In this document: piece by piece, positions 38,101 through 51,799 of the stretch
Numbering within the stretch: the stretch's first letter is position 1
How the letters are laid out: each line of letters begins with the position of its first letter
Assembly (NCBI RefSeq): GCF_000315625.1
Contig: NW_005434673.1
Span: 1,190,799-1,254,798, forward strand
Length of the DNA stretch: 64,000 bases
Direction of reading: 5' to 3'
Source: Guillardia theta CCMP2712
Taxonomy: Eukaryota; Protista; Cryptophyta
The notes under the pieces: generated by a model
Seen by the model: the letters and a program-made list of their open reading frames with translations, nothing else
What the model was told of the DNA's origin: nothing
The model's database searches: none
Made by a program: the position numbers and the translations under genes

Positions 38101-41100
38101 TGATACAATCTCTCGAAATTTCATTTTGTCGTCAGGCAATGCTTCGTTTTTCAGTTTAAGTTCAAATGAAATCTCAAATCCTTCACATTACGTTGGTTAT
38201 CAAATCACAGTAAATGGTGAATCAAGAAATATCACTTTTCAGAGTGACTCTCCTTTCTCGAATGAATATCCAGGAGTGGTCGTAACTGTGGATGTGCCAT
38301 TCACAGTGTTGCCTCAAGCTGGAGATGTCTACATCATCTCCAAAGCAGTTTTTGTTGGAAAGGATCCAAAAGCTGGTTGTGAGGTTTTTGACAGATACGT
38401 CAATGTGTTCCACGGATATTGTCACCGAGTAGAAACGCTTGGGACATACATTCTTGAAGTCAAATATCAGAATTCCACTGTTGGGAGACCTATCACACTT
38501 TACGTCGGTGCTGGCGTGCCATGCGCAAGCACATCAGTGGCGGCAGGGGCTGGGCTCTCTCTGGCCACCGTTGGGTATCCTGCATACTTCATGTTGAGAT
38601 CGAAGGATAGATTTCTGAATGATGTGCTTCTTGATGGCCTTGACTATGTGATCCAAGCTGACAGGGCTGGGGCTTTTGAAAATCTAACGCAGTACACCAC
38701 TCCTACCAGCGTCAACGGGATGCTGAGCACAAATTTTACTCCCTGGATTACTGGTACGTATCAAATGAAGATTGTTTTTGGGCAATATCTTGTCGCATCA
38801 TCTCCATACATCGTCAGAGTGCGTTCTGGAAGATTCTGCGCAGCAGCATCCACGTTTTACGGTCCTGGACTCACGCTTGCCTCAGTTGGCATCCAATCTC
38901 GTTTCGTGGTGGTTGCAGCAGATTCGTTTTACAACTTTGTCGATTCCTTAGCATCCATATCGCCATCCTGTGTCAGTGATGTATCAAATGAAGCTTGTTC
39001 TTTACAGATGTTGATTGGCAATCAAACGTTGCACTTCATGCCAACAGAACTACACCTGGATCAGTATAATGTATTCTATGAGACTTATGGTTGGAATGCA
39101 CGTTATGAAGTAGATATCCCGATTTCAATTGGTGCAACCTCCACGACATTTCAACTGAACTTGAACCAAAGCAATTTCCAAAGTCAACTTCCGGGCATTT
39201 ATGCAACTTATTACGCCGATGATAATTTTTCTCAACCTCTTTTGACAGCTCTAGAGTATACAATAGACCGGGTCAATTCTCAGAGTTCTGTCTGCACTTT
39301 TGGAAACTCATCTCAGTTCCCCTCGTCTATTGATTATCAGAAAAACTTCTCTGTCAGGTGGGATGGTATTGTGTATCAAGATCCAGCAACAACATACGTG
39401 TATGCATTTTCTCTTGGCCAACAAATTGATAGGCTACAGTTGTGGATCGATTCTAACCTGGTCACTGATCAGTGGTATTCCTTGGGCAGTCTTTATGTAT
39501 CAAACTCTTTCTTCAACTCCAAGCCTTATCCTCTCCTGAGCTTCCGGTTGGATTTTCGGTCAAACAGTTCTTTGTTCGCAGGAATTTCCATGACACGGAG
39601 ACTATCTCAAGACTCAATTCCTACCTTTGATTCATTTTTCTACCATACAACGACACAATTTCAATTAATTGTTGTAGGTCAAGCTACTGCATTTGCAGCT
39701 GCTACCACAGCATCTGGAAGCTCGTTGACCTTGTCCACAGCTGGAGTATCATCGCAGATTACCATCACTGCAAGAGATGACCTTTATCACGAGCTAATAT
39801 TTGACTCCAACATCCAACAGATTGTGTTTTCTGCCAAGACAGGGGTGGATAGTGGAGGTCTATCGGCGACGTACTATTCGGATTCGAACTTGAAGTCTCC
39901 TGTTGTGACGAGACAACGACAGGTTGTTCAGCCACTTGCCGGTTATGCCAGTCTCACAAGACCGTTGAGCCAGCCGAGCCCAGCAAGCCCCAGCACAACA
40001 TTGAATGTTGCTTACGACAACCTCTCTAACGAATGGATTCACGCTGGAGACTTCGCTGTCATAGCCAATGAAGTAATTGAAATTCTCTCGATTTCATCCT
40101 CAACGTTGGTTGTGAATAGAAATCTCACAGGAAATGCACAGGCGCACCCTGTTGGAACGCCTTTCAACACATTCCCTTCTATCAGTCTCGTCCATGTATC
40201 GCAGTATAGTGTCAGGTGGGACGGCTTTCTCAAATCACAAAATAGCGAAGTGTACACAATATTCTTCACAGGTGTGGGTATCAGCGAGCGTGTGAAATGT
40301 TGGATAGATGATTATCTTCTAATCGATGCATGGAGTTCACTGTCAGGAACAAATCTGAATGGAACAATATTTTTTAGCAGAGCATACGACTACTATCAGA
40401 TTAAGATTGAATATTCCAACAATTTTTCTCCAGGAGGTTTTACTTTGAAATGGAGCACATCTACCATTGGAATTGAAAGCATACCCAGTGAAAACTTCTT
40501 TCAAAGTTTACACTGGCTGGATAGTCAATATCCACCTGCACACAATCAGTATCTTGTCCCTAGTTATAACACTACAGTGAGTGGTTCTTATCAGACTTCT
40601 ATTGCATCCTTCATCACCGGTGGGCTATATGCAACATATTACTCGGATGTCGATTGCACTTCCACTGCTCTACATCGTGTTGACCCCGCGATCGATTTTG
40701 ATTGGGGCTTCTACAACGCTCTACCTAGCCTGCCTCAAGACGACTTCTGCGTGCGATGGCTCGGTATGATTTCACCTTCGTCTTCTGGGACGTACACCTT
40801 CGAAGTGAAAGCCTTGAATGAGTTGAAGCTTTGGATTGATGAAGGGCTGGTGTTAGACTTGTACGAGTCGAGTTCGAGAACAAGAAGAAGTTTTCCGTTG
40901 TACTTACAGAGTAATATCTTGTACCATATCAGAATCGAGTACAAAGCATATGTTGGTCTTGCAGCAGTACAACTTTCATGGAGATCTGAGGTCATTCAAA
41001 GTTTCAGTCTGCAATCTATTTCATATCAGACGTGCAATGTCAACACTCAAACGATCTGCTTTAACGTTGACGGTCCTATTGGTGGCCTGGGATACTTAGC

Positions 41101-44100
41101 AGGAAGGTTAATGATAAGGATGAACGGAGAGATCACTCAGATCGGAACATTCAATGTCGACATTTATGGCGCTGTGAATCAGATTCACAGTAATCTCACT
41201 GGGTTCACCTTTCCGAATAAATCGATATCTTTTGAGGACATCCTGATCTTTTATCAAGATGTAAACCAAACACAGGAAACAAGCATCACAGGAATGCAAA
41301 TAATCAATGGTGGGTCTGGCTTGATACCTGGAAGATTTTTCATTTTCGGCACAAAATCTGTTGCACACGGCTACTTCATCACGAACTCAAGTGGCTCTCT
41401 AGATGCATTTGTTTTCAAGGATCACGGAACTGGATTTTACGACTTCAACCTGAATCAAAGTTCGATTAATTTGTACTTCATGGATGAAAATGTATCAATG
41501 CCTGGTTCTGTCACCAAGATTCAAGTTTCAGGATCAGCGAATGTTTCGTATTCAAACAATGGTTCTCTGGTTGTCAATTGCACGTACCCTTGTAATGGGA
41601 CAGGGCTCAGTGGCAATTGCTTTGCGTCAGGTGGGAATGTGTACTTTGTGCAAATATTGACACATGGCACTGGTTATTCGCCGACAAGTTTGCCGAGACT
41701 AGAGTGTCCGGGAGGGAATGGACAAACCTTCGAGGCGATTGTTGCAGCACAGCCATCCATTCTCCCTATCGTCGCTCGAGGAGCAAGGTTGTTTCCTGTC
41801 TTTCGAGGAAACGCTGCAGCGCTTGTTGAAAGGGAGAATCTTTTCTTCAAGACTGCCTCGATCTCTGGTTGGGATGGCGCCAACGTCGACGCTCTGAGGA
41901 TTCGAGCAAACATTATATGTGGAAGCACTTCAACTCTGACATACTCTGGTATTGGCTGGCAGCCAAAAGTAACAAGAACAGGTTTCCCTACCTCATTCAC
42001 CATTGTTGCAAGAGATGAATACGGAAATGTCTTTGATGGCAATCAATCAAGTAACTCTTTCTTCGTTGCTTATTACTATTGGGACAACTCAACGATATTT
42101 TCCAAGTGGCAAGGAATCGGAATATTGCCTTCCAGCACTTCAGGCGAGTACACTTTTGCCATTTCCGCTTCCAACCAAACTCGGGCGGGAAATTTTCTTC
42201 TAGAAACTTACTATGCAATCTCTGGAGGCTTATGGGCAACCTATTACATGGGAGGTGACTTTTCTTTAGATTGGAAAAATGTGGCATTGCTTCCTGTAGT
42301 GAGCAGGGTCGATTCTTTCATTGACTTCTCTACATCGTATGGAACTTGGCCTTCGAGTCCTACTTGCATTGCTCAGTTCTATCCGATGACTGTGAGGTGG
42401 TCTGGATTTTTTAATCCCACACTCATGCAATGCAACTCTAGCTTCCTCAGTGTAAGCCTCGTTGCAAATAGCGAACGCATCAGATTGTGGTTGGATAACC
42501 AAATCATTGTAGACCAATGGACAAGCCTGCAGTCGTTGAATACTAACATCTCTTGCTACGAGTCATCGTATTCGTACGTAAAGATTGATCTTGACTATAA
42601 AGCACGTTATGCTGAGAGAGGAATCAGCGTCCGAAGAATAGTCAATGGTTCTGCTTCGATCGTGGGGGGCTCAGAATTTTACAGCGCGTACCTCCTTCAG
42701 GGTGGTAACATATCAAGACGATTTTTGACTGACGCCGTCTGTGCAACTGCCACTTTCGTGTACGGGAGCGGAATATCCGTGGCAACGTCATATAGCCCCT
42801 CTCAGTTCTTCATCATTGCAAGAGACCAGTATCACAACCCGGCGGCTGACAATGTTTCATTCTTCGTCCAGGTACCCGGGGCTCAAAACGTCTTTTCTCG
42901 ACCCTCGTCTCCTGGAATCTTTAGTGTGGAGTACCTTCCGACGCTGCCTGGACTTCAGACTGTAAGAATTTCCCTTCCTCTACAAGGAGGCTTGTTCGCC
43001 ACATACTACTCTGACTCACTTTTCTCGATATCTTTGTACAATCGTGTCGATACAATGAGCTATGATGAGTACTTCTCCACCAATTTCTTTTCAGCTCCCA
43101 ACTATCTAGGTGCTTTGAATACAACCTTTGCTCGCTGGGGAGGACTTCTTACCCCTTGGAAGTCCAGCACATTTAATTTGTACGTTCCTCTTGTTAAGAG
43201 CGACGAGCGGGTGCGGCTTTGGGTGGATGACCGCCTGATCATAGATCAATGGACCTCACTATCTAGTGTGCAACCATTGGGAACTTTGTTCCTTGACAGC
43301 GCATTGTTCTATGATGTTACCCTTGAGTACAAGGGCATCCCGGGCATGAATGGAATTGGATTGTTCTGGTCGATCTTTGAAGACAAGACAACAGCTGTGA
43401 ACGTTTCCGGTTGTCTTTCAGGTTGTTCCTCTTCAACTTCATCAGTCAGCTTGCACGGCGAATGGTTCGAATCAACGATTGTCGTCAATGGAACTTCGTC
43501 TACTTTTTTATATGATGGAAATAGGAGCAAGGGAAGGTCATCAGTAACGTTCTCCTTTCCCCTTGCATTTGGGTTGTACTCGATTTATGTAAAATATCCA
43601 GTCGGTTCCGAGTTTGACGCAAAGGTTCCTGTCCAGGTTCTTTTCAGTGGGAAACGCTCACAATATCTGATCAACGAGACTGCAGGGAGTGGACTGTCGT
43701 TCCTTGGAACATTTTCATTTGACTCTAGGGGTGCTCAAGTGATTGTTTCCAACGATTACACCTTGAGCACAGTAGCAGTGGAGGAAGTGAGAATTTCAAA
43801 ACTGGCTGATGCTTCTCAATATCTGATTGCATCTGGGGAAGTAACTTCAGCATTATCTCCAAGACAGTTCATCATGAATTTACAAGTTGAGAAGACATCT
43901 TTGGTAGGTCAGGATCTTTTCATCAAGAACGAGAGTAGGCGAATTCTAGACTATGATGTCAAGCAAAATATCGTAACGATTGATCAGTCGTTTTCTATCG
44001 GCTTGACCTCACTTATTGGCGAAATCTCGGAATCTGATACACAGCTCCTTGTACAAAATGTGTCAGAAGCTGGAATCCTTGAGTATCAATTCATAGAGAT

Positions 44101-47100
44101 AGACTTCGAAATCTTCTCAGTCACCTCAGTGGATTCCAGCAGAAATGAGTTGACGGTCATGCGAGCTCAATTCAACACAAGGAGGCAGATTCACCTGAAT
44201 GGTAGTGTGGTTAGGAATGTTCTGTTTCCAGGAAGCATTGCAAATTCTGGTGAGATCTCAGGGGTGTTGTCCTGTACCAATCTCAAGTTGTCTCACACAG
44301 CTTCCGCCCTTTCTGGATCATATTCTGATTTCATTCTTGTCGTCGATACAACGTCGCGCGACAACGCAAGGGGTATCTTGGAATATTCTTCTCAGAGAGA
44401 AGTTTTGCTTGATGTTCCATATGTTGCTACCATCGAACCATCGTCTCGGTATATCGTCAAGTCCAGGGCTCTGTTTTGGATTGGTGGCTCCTTGGTCATG
44501 AATGGGAAGGTCTCATGCTCCCAATGCGTTGTGTCCAAGGAATTTCTCTACACAAACCCTTCGATCTCGAAAAATGTGACGGTGCATGTTGGACAGCAGC
44601 GAAATTTGTATCTCTCTGGAGCTCACTTGTCCATATCGACTGCAGGCACCCAGGGAACCTTTCAAGTTTTGGTGCAAGATCTGTTTGGCGGGAACATTCA
44701 AAATGACATTGATAAGGTGTTGTATGCAAATGCCACCCTCATCACAGATACGTACGGATATGGATCAAGCTCAGTGGTTGATGGCTTCTTGAATCAAGTT
44801 TTCGATTCATTTCAGTTGAGATTAGATGAATCTGCTCTGCCGCAAAATGGTATCTATGTTGGATATAACATCACCGTCGGAAAAGAAACAAGGAAAATTC
44901 GAGAGTACACTTCAGATAGGAATGTTACTGTAGATGTTCCTTTCAACTTGCTCAACTTCCTTTCACCAAGACAGCGATTCATAATCTCTGCTACTAACTT
45001 TCAATCGACCAGGACATGGTTTGCAGGGACTTACTGTGATATGAGCAACAGTACTAATCCATGTAATATCTCATATGTAACAACAACAGCTGGTGTATAC
45101 CTTGTACAGGTACAATACTTTCAACGCGGGGGTTTGAACGGTTTATACTTTTTGAATCAACACCTTCAGGGGAAACCATCCATGTCAAGGGTAGATGCCT
45201 CCGAATCCTTGTACGTTGGCTTTGCCTCGCTCGAGCACCTGGCGCCAGGTGCTCTCGCCATTCGATGGACGGGGCTGATTCGGCCTAGCTACTCGGAGAC
45301 CTACACCTTCATCACCAACTCGTCGGTATCTGGACCCAACGTCTTCATCGGAGGGGTGCGGGTGATCCACGGGTTTGCGACCTCTAGCTTCAAGTGGCGC
45401 AGCACAGCTGATGTCGAAGATGACCTGGTTCAAGTCTCCTTCGCAGGCACCGTAGAGCTGCAGGCCATGACCTTGTACGAAGTCATGATAGAGTACTGGA
45501 ACTTCAACCTTGCCACCGTCTTCGAGATGTGGTGGAAAAGCCCCTCTCAGAGTCTTGAGATCATTCCATCTTCCAGTCTGTATTATGCCTATGAGCAGGC
45601 TCAAAGTAGTCCGTTCGCTCTAAGAGTATTCCCAGCTGATTTCTGCTTCAACAATTTGTCGGAGTCTGACCCGACGCTGAGATGTTCGATCTACGGCAGT
45701 GTCGGGAGCATGTATGGTGCTGGAATCTCGCTTGGTACCGCTGGCGTGCTCAACACCTTCAGCTTGCAGCTGAGAGACATCTATGGCAACGTCGCGCTGA
45801 GAGACAGTTCGTCCATCGTCGCTCTCGTCAACTCTAACTGGAGGTGTGAGAGCTCAGACGACCTCTACAAGTATGCTGGGCTGTGCGAGCCTCGCCGTGC
45901 TGTAGTGGCTTCGGCGAGCGTCTCAGGGGGGCTGTACCGTTATTCGTATCTTTCTTTGACAGGCTCCTTCTCTTCTGAAGTCCTCGCGGGTGCTCGTGTT
46001 CCCGGTGGACTGTTTGCAACCTACTACACCCTGGCACCTTGTAGCGATGTGACAACAGAGCTCAGTATGACATACTCTGGCATAGCAGAGATTGTAGTTG
46101 TCAGTATAGGATCATCATGCCTGTCTGGCGGCAGCCTATCAGCATACGGAGGCGGAGGGTTTGCGTTTCTTGGCACCTTCACAGTGAGACAAGGGTCTGT
46201 TGACACCACTCGCGTTCTCAATGCAGGACTTTCCTACTGGTCCGAACCCTTGATCACCTGCTGCCAGATGATCTATGCCGTGAGCATCAGCGGGAGCGGC
46301 AGGGGGTACATGAACGGGAGCTCTGCTCTTGCTTCATGTGACGGCGTCACCGGGTGCTCAGGGACTGGGTTTGTTGGAGAGTGTATCGTGAACAACGGGA
46401 GTGTGGTGAGCATCAATATTCTCAGCTATGGATCTGGTTACAATGCTTCCGCCTTGCCGATGATTGTCTGTCCGAATGGAACAGGCCAGGTGTTGACACC
46501 GATGGTAGACATGTCTGAAGGAGGCGGCGGTTGTCAAGGAGTAGCTTTCAAAGCCATCTTGCAGACCACGACCCAAAGACCCAACAGCTGGTGGTCGTCG
46601 GATGTGAGCTCAAGTGGAGCCAGGTTCACCTTCTGTGAGAACTTGACGGCACAGAACGTGCGATTGGACTCCAGCATCGACTTCAGTGGCTCAAACTCCG
46701 CAGGCGTTGACAAGATCACGTCTTGGCCTGGCACACCCACTTTGTCGTTCACGGGGAATTCCTTCCATGTGCGATGGTTCGGATTCTTGTCGATTCCTCA
46801 GCAGGGAGATTACACGTTTGAAGCAAGCGTCAACACCTCAGATGAGAGAGTCAGGTTGTGGGTAGACAATCTAGTCGTGGTCAATCAGTGGACAAGCCTG
46901 GAGTCGCTCAATGTTGTTGGAACTTTCTACGCAAGTGCTGCAGGTTTTGTTGAGATCATGATACATTACAAGGAAGAACTGGCTGGCCAAAAGATGGTTC
47001 TGACGTGGGCAGGACCGGGATTCTCACAACAAGTGATCTCCAACAATTCTCTAGCCTACCTCGCGCAAGTTGAAGGAAGTCCAACCACCATGTACATGTT

Positions 47101-50100
47101 GCCGAATGCTCCTTGCGCTTCCACTTCCTCGGCGTCAGGTTACGGTCTAACTCTAGCGACTGCAGGACTTGTGATGACTTTTGTCGTTACCACTAGAGAT
47201 GAGTATAAGAACCTCCATCACTATCTAGACGACAACCTGCTCGGGTTCACCTTCACCTCCTACATCGATGCTGGAAGTCAGCCATACCTCTATGTCTTGC
47301 CCAACAGCTCTGCAGGCCTCGTCGCGTACGAATACAATATCACGACATCCGGCGTCCATACGTTGCACTCGTTTCTTGCGCTGTCAGGAGGGTTGAGAGC
47401 GACTTACTATAGCGACTCGAATCTTGCTGTGCCGTATCAGACCAGACGAGACAGTCTGATCGACTTTTCTAGCCTGACTCGCTCCAACGCTACCTGGCCG
47501 TTCCTCACCGAGTCACAGTTCTCAGCTCGATGGCATGGGTTCATCCGAGCCCAGTACAAAGAGCAATACACCTTCTACGTGCAACTTGCGGAGGCGGGGG
47601 AGAGAGTCGATGTTTCAGAGAGAGTGAGGTTGTGGATAAACAACCAACTGATCATTGACCAGTGGAGCTCTCTCGCTCTAGATTCAGCTGTTGGAATCTT
47701 CGATTTCACGATGTCTGATGTGCTCTACGACATAGTCTTGGAGTACAAAAGCTACAACGCTTCTACTTTCCTCCAGCTCCTATGGACTTCTGATGGACAG
47801 AATATCCCGGCTGTGTGCAGTTTCTCACCTCCATCTCCGTTTCCTCCCAAGTATTATCAGCCAGCTCTCTGCAGCTGGTCCCTGCAGTCCACGTGCAACG
47901 ACAAGGAGATCTGCTTCGCATCCAGCACGGCCATTAACGGCTTGTCAGCTGCAGGATTCGGTACCAGCGTAGCATGGATAGGAGACGTCAATGAGGATGG
48001 GGTGGAGGACGTTGCGGTCGGGGCTCCATACCAAGAGAGCAACGGCTTGATGGTTGGAGCTGTCTACATCATGCTCATGAGCCTCGACGGCAGCCTTGCA
48101 GCTCAACCCTATGCACCGTCAACTGTGATAATCACTCAGGGAGCCAACCTTGGTCTCTGCCTGTCCTGCCTCAAGGCTGGCGATCGATTTGGAAACTGTA
48201 TTGCTGCTGTTCGTGACATAGACAGGAACGGGCTCAACGACATCGCTGTTGGATCACGGAATGCTATCTTCATCGTTCTTCTGAAAAAGGATTCCTCATA
48301 TGTCTGTCAGGCATGCAACCCTGCTGTCGCCGACTACGTTGCTCTCAACATCTCCTCGTCTCTGAGTCAAGATGTAGTACCTGACTCGCTGGCTATGATG
48401 GGAGACCTTGACGGTAACGGGATCGCTGATCTGGTCTATGGTGTTGGCGCTGGCGACCCCTCCTCCCCCGGCAACGGCTACATTCAGATTGTGATGCTCT
48501 CGAGGAGTTGCGCTGGCGGACAAGCCATCTGCGTGCTGTCCTTGGCTAAGAGGATCTCCTACGTTGAGACTGTCGGAGCCAGCGCAAGCGCTTCAGCACT
48601 TTTCGGCTCCTCCTTGTCGCCTATTGGAGACTTGAACGGTGACCATGTGCCTGACATCGCTGTCGGGGCGAGCAACGAGGCATGCCAGCCGGGCTGTGCC
48701 GGAGCTGTGTACCTGCTGTTTCTTGACCGACAAGGTTGGACTGTCAGGCAATGGACCAAGATTTGTCGGAACTCGTCGGGTCTGCCAGCTGAGGACGCCG
48801 CCAGCTGCAGCAGCTCCTTCGGATGGTCAGTCGCTTCTGCCGGCGACCTCAATCATGACGGGAGGCCCGACCTCATAGTTGGCAGCAACGCTTCTGCATC
48901 CACCCAGCCAGCCAACGCTAGCATGATCTACTGGCTGCTCCTGACCAAGAGCGGTACAGTACTAGAGTCGTTGGTGGTGAAGGGAGACCGGTTTCAGCCC
49001 GAGACCTCGGTCAATGGAGTCTCTCTTTCCACAGCCTTTGACCTGAATCGAGATGGCATGCCAGACTTTGTCAGCGGAAATGCGAACCAGAATCAGAGCA
49101 TCGACTCGTTCAGCGTGTTGTTCTCTCAGAGCCTCAAGAACTGGGCATTCAACAACTCCAACACCTCAGTCAACGACTCCTTCCCCTCTGCAAGTCTCTT
49201 TGGCTCCTACTTTCTTTACAGCAATGGCACAATCTGCCAAGATGGATCACTATATGCCAACCACGAGGGCAACGCTCTCACTGGGTTATACAGCTACATC
49301 TTTGACGGGGTCGACTCCAACTGCAGGAGACGCTGTGATGAAGACAGGTTCTGCAACTTTTACACAGTTGGAGCCACCAACAGCTGTAAAACGTACCTGA
49401 GCTGTTGGAAGCAGGTGGTATCTTCAGACTCATCTACTCAGACCTTTCAAAAGAACTCCTTCTTAGCGTCTGACAACTCGCTATTGCAAGGACGATATTC
49501 CAACGCGGTTCTAACCTTCAGCAGTATTCAGGCGCCATACGCGTTATTCAGCTTCTACTACTACCTTTACAGTGACTCTTCTGCCTCGATCGACGTCAGG
49601 GTTCGTTCTGTTTCAACCGTACAGACAACCGGCTCACTGACGTCTGTTGTCAACAACTCCTACTTCAGCTTGGATTCAAACTCTCCTCCATACAACGACT
49701 GGTGGACTGGCATGTTCGTTGTGATTGGAGGAGAGACAAGGAGGATCCGGAGGTATTACCACAACAGGTATGTGTTGACGGAGGTCAGCTTCTCCTTTGA
49801 CCTCGCGGTCGGTTCACCTTTTCAAATATTCAAGAGCAGCTCCATCTGTTTCTCGCAATCTTGCTCGAGCAGTTTTGATTGGTCGACCGTATGGTCGAGT
49901 GAGGCTGCGCGGTCCCTTCCTGTGACATGGCAGTTTGTCAGCTTGAACCTTGAAGCTCACATTCAACCGGTCGAAATACAAGTTCAAGTTAGCTTCTCCA
50001 CATCAAACTCCTTCAGAGTTGGGCTGGATGGGCTTCAGACGACCTTGTTCAACAACCCCTATCGCTCATCCATCAATCGACCGCGGCTAGTCAAGAAACA

Positions 50101-51052
50101 GTTGGTGCCGTCTGCGAGGTTGTACGTTCCCTTTGAAACCGTCTCATCTCCCTTCACCTTGAATGTTCGACCCTCCTCAACTTCTCCCCAGACAAGTGTC
50201 TGTCAGGGGTGCAGCGTGACCTACCTGTCTGCTAGCTCCCTCCACAAGTTCTACATCACCTTGAAGGACTCCTTCGGCAATGTCCGTTCTGCTGTGAACG
50301 CCTCTGAGAACGGCACCTTCTTCTCCCGTCCAGCCCCCATGTTTGCCCTCCATCATGAAGACGGGCTGGTGATCTTCCTTGAATCTCTTCTCAATCTCAA
50401 TGAGGTCAAACGAAGCTCCGTCATCTTCACGTCCGGGGCTGAGTACACGGCACAGATACAGCCTTCTGAGCTCAACGAGACCAACAACGGGTACACGTTC
50501 CAAAGCTCCGAGTTTCGATTGTACTTTGCCAGAGTCGGGGGGCTGAGGGGAGACTACTTCAAGAGAGAAGAGCTTATATCTCCTGTCTTCACCAGGATCG
50601 ATGAAACCATAGATTTCTCCTTCACCACCTCCTTCCCTGGATCTCCACAGTTCATGCCCATTGACTTCTTCAGCGCCCGGTGGAAGGGCTGGGTGAGGCC
50701 CCCGTTCTCAGAGACCTTCACATTCAAGACTGAGACGCTGGCGTCCAAGAGCGTGGGAGGCATGGAGGGGGTGCGACTGTGGCTGTCGGGCGAGCACATT
50801 GGTATTCTCAACCTCATCATTGACAGGTGGGGAGGACGTGAACCTGAGTACACGGGAACGCTCAGCCTGCAGACAGACGTGCTCTACGACATCGTGTTGG
50901 AGTACAGAGACACGTACTCGAGCTCTAAAATCAGGATCCTGTGGAAATCTGCTTCCATGGGAGACACGTTCAACGTGATTCCATCCGACCGGCTGTACTA
51001 CACGATAGGAACCAACTCCACTGACGCGGCTTCCATCACTGTTGGGCCTTGA
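35148..51052 (+). CDS. Giant (>5000 aa) protein: filamin-type Ig repeats, about 9 PA14 domains, YHYH domain, FG-GAP propeller, PAN/apple-like module (true start probably near 34700, uncertain)
   Basis: Single 4910-codon open frame 36320-51052 plus short upstream exons; repeated GGLxATYY...FSVRWxG...LWID...DQW (PA14); G.GLSxAT.G...RD.YGN (filamin); HSPLVGFLLDG...LDECGGH...YHYH; GDVNEDGVEDVAVGAP repeats; CRRRCDEDRFCNFY. Confidence 0.9.
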
Positions 51053-51229
51053 GCGAAGGGGCTGTGAGATGTGGTGAATGGAAAAGAAAGGTTGCTATGT
51101 AATTTAGAATTTATCCGTGTCAAAGTTTCATGAAGCGTCCAAACTGTGAGATATGAGATATAATATCCTTTATTTGAAAGAATGGTAATGAACACACAAG
51201 TACACAATAAACAACAGCTGACTAAAGCT

Positions 51230-51799
51230 TTAGATCCTTGATTTCAAAGATATCTGAGCATCATAGAAAAACATGGAAATAGCAACAAGGGCAAGGATGC
51301 CAGAAGCAGCAAACATCGAGTATGAAATGAGGAGGAGCAAGTCCTCAAACTCCACCTTCATCCATCGCACTCTTGCGATCTTATGGCTCAATGAACGGAT
51401 GTATAGCCTTGCCTTTCTGCTTACACTGAGCCCCTTGTGGTTCTTCTTATTGCTCACCAATGAAGTGCCACTTCCGAGCTGTACGATAGGCTTGGTTTCT
51501 TGCCTGTAAGGACATGATCCTTCCATGACACGTAGAAGCTTAGGAGATCCCGATGGTTGTGGATTGCGACGGTAGTTCATAAAAGCTCCAACATTCCTTT
51601 TAGGTGCGGCATGTACGGTCTTGCCTGTATCTTTAGCAGCTGAAACATGCTTGTTCACATTGCCACGATCCACTTCTCTGATATGTCGCAGTTTTTCGAC
51701 TCCTCTTCTGGGTAAATGATGATCCTTGATTGCTTCATAAACAATGGGGCGATCTAATCGCGCTTTTACTGGTGCGGCGGGATGGCGAAAGGTTGTCAT
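51230..51799 (-). CDS. Basic protein with a C-terminal hydrophobic anchor, unknown function
   Basis: 189-aa ATG ORF ending LLLLISYSMFAASGILALVAISMFF. Confidence 0.45.
   Translation of the reverse strand: MTTFRHPAAPVKARLDRPIVYEAIKDHHLPRRGVEKLRHIREVDRGNVNKHVSAAKDTGKTVHAAPKRNVGAFMNYRRNPQPSGSPKLLRVMEGSCPYRQETKPIVQLGSGTSLVSNKKNHKGLSVSRKARLYIRSLSHKIARVRWMKVEFEDLLLLISYSMFAASGILALVAISMFFYDAQISLKSRI

Noticed and set aside
36320-51052. Giant ORF as an integrated virus or bacterial contaminant
   Set aside because: Upstream exons have host-type short introns, flanking genes are ordinary, and no viral core genes are present.
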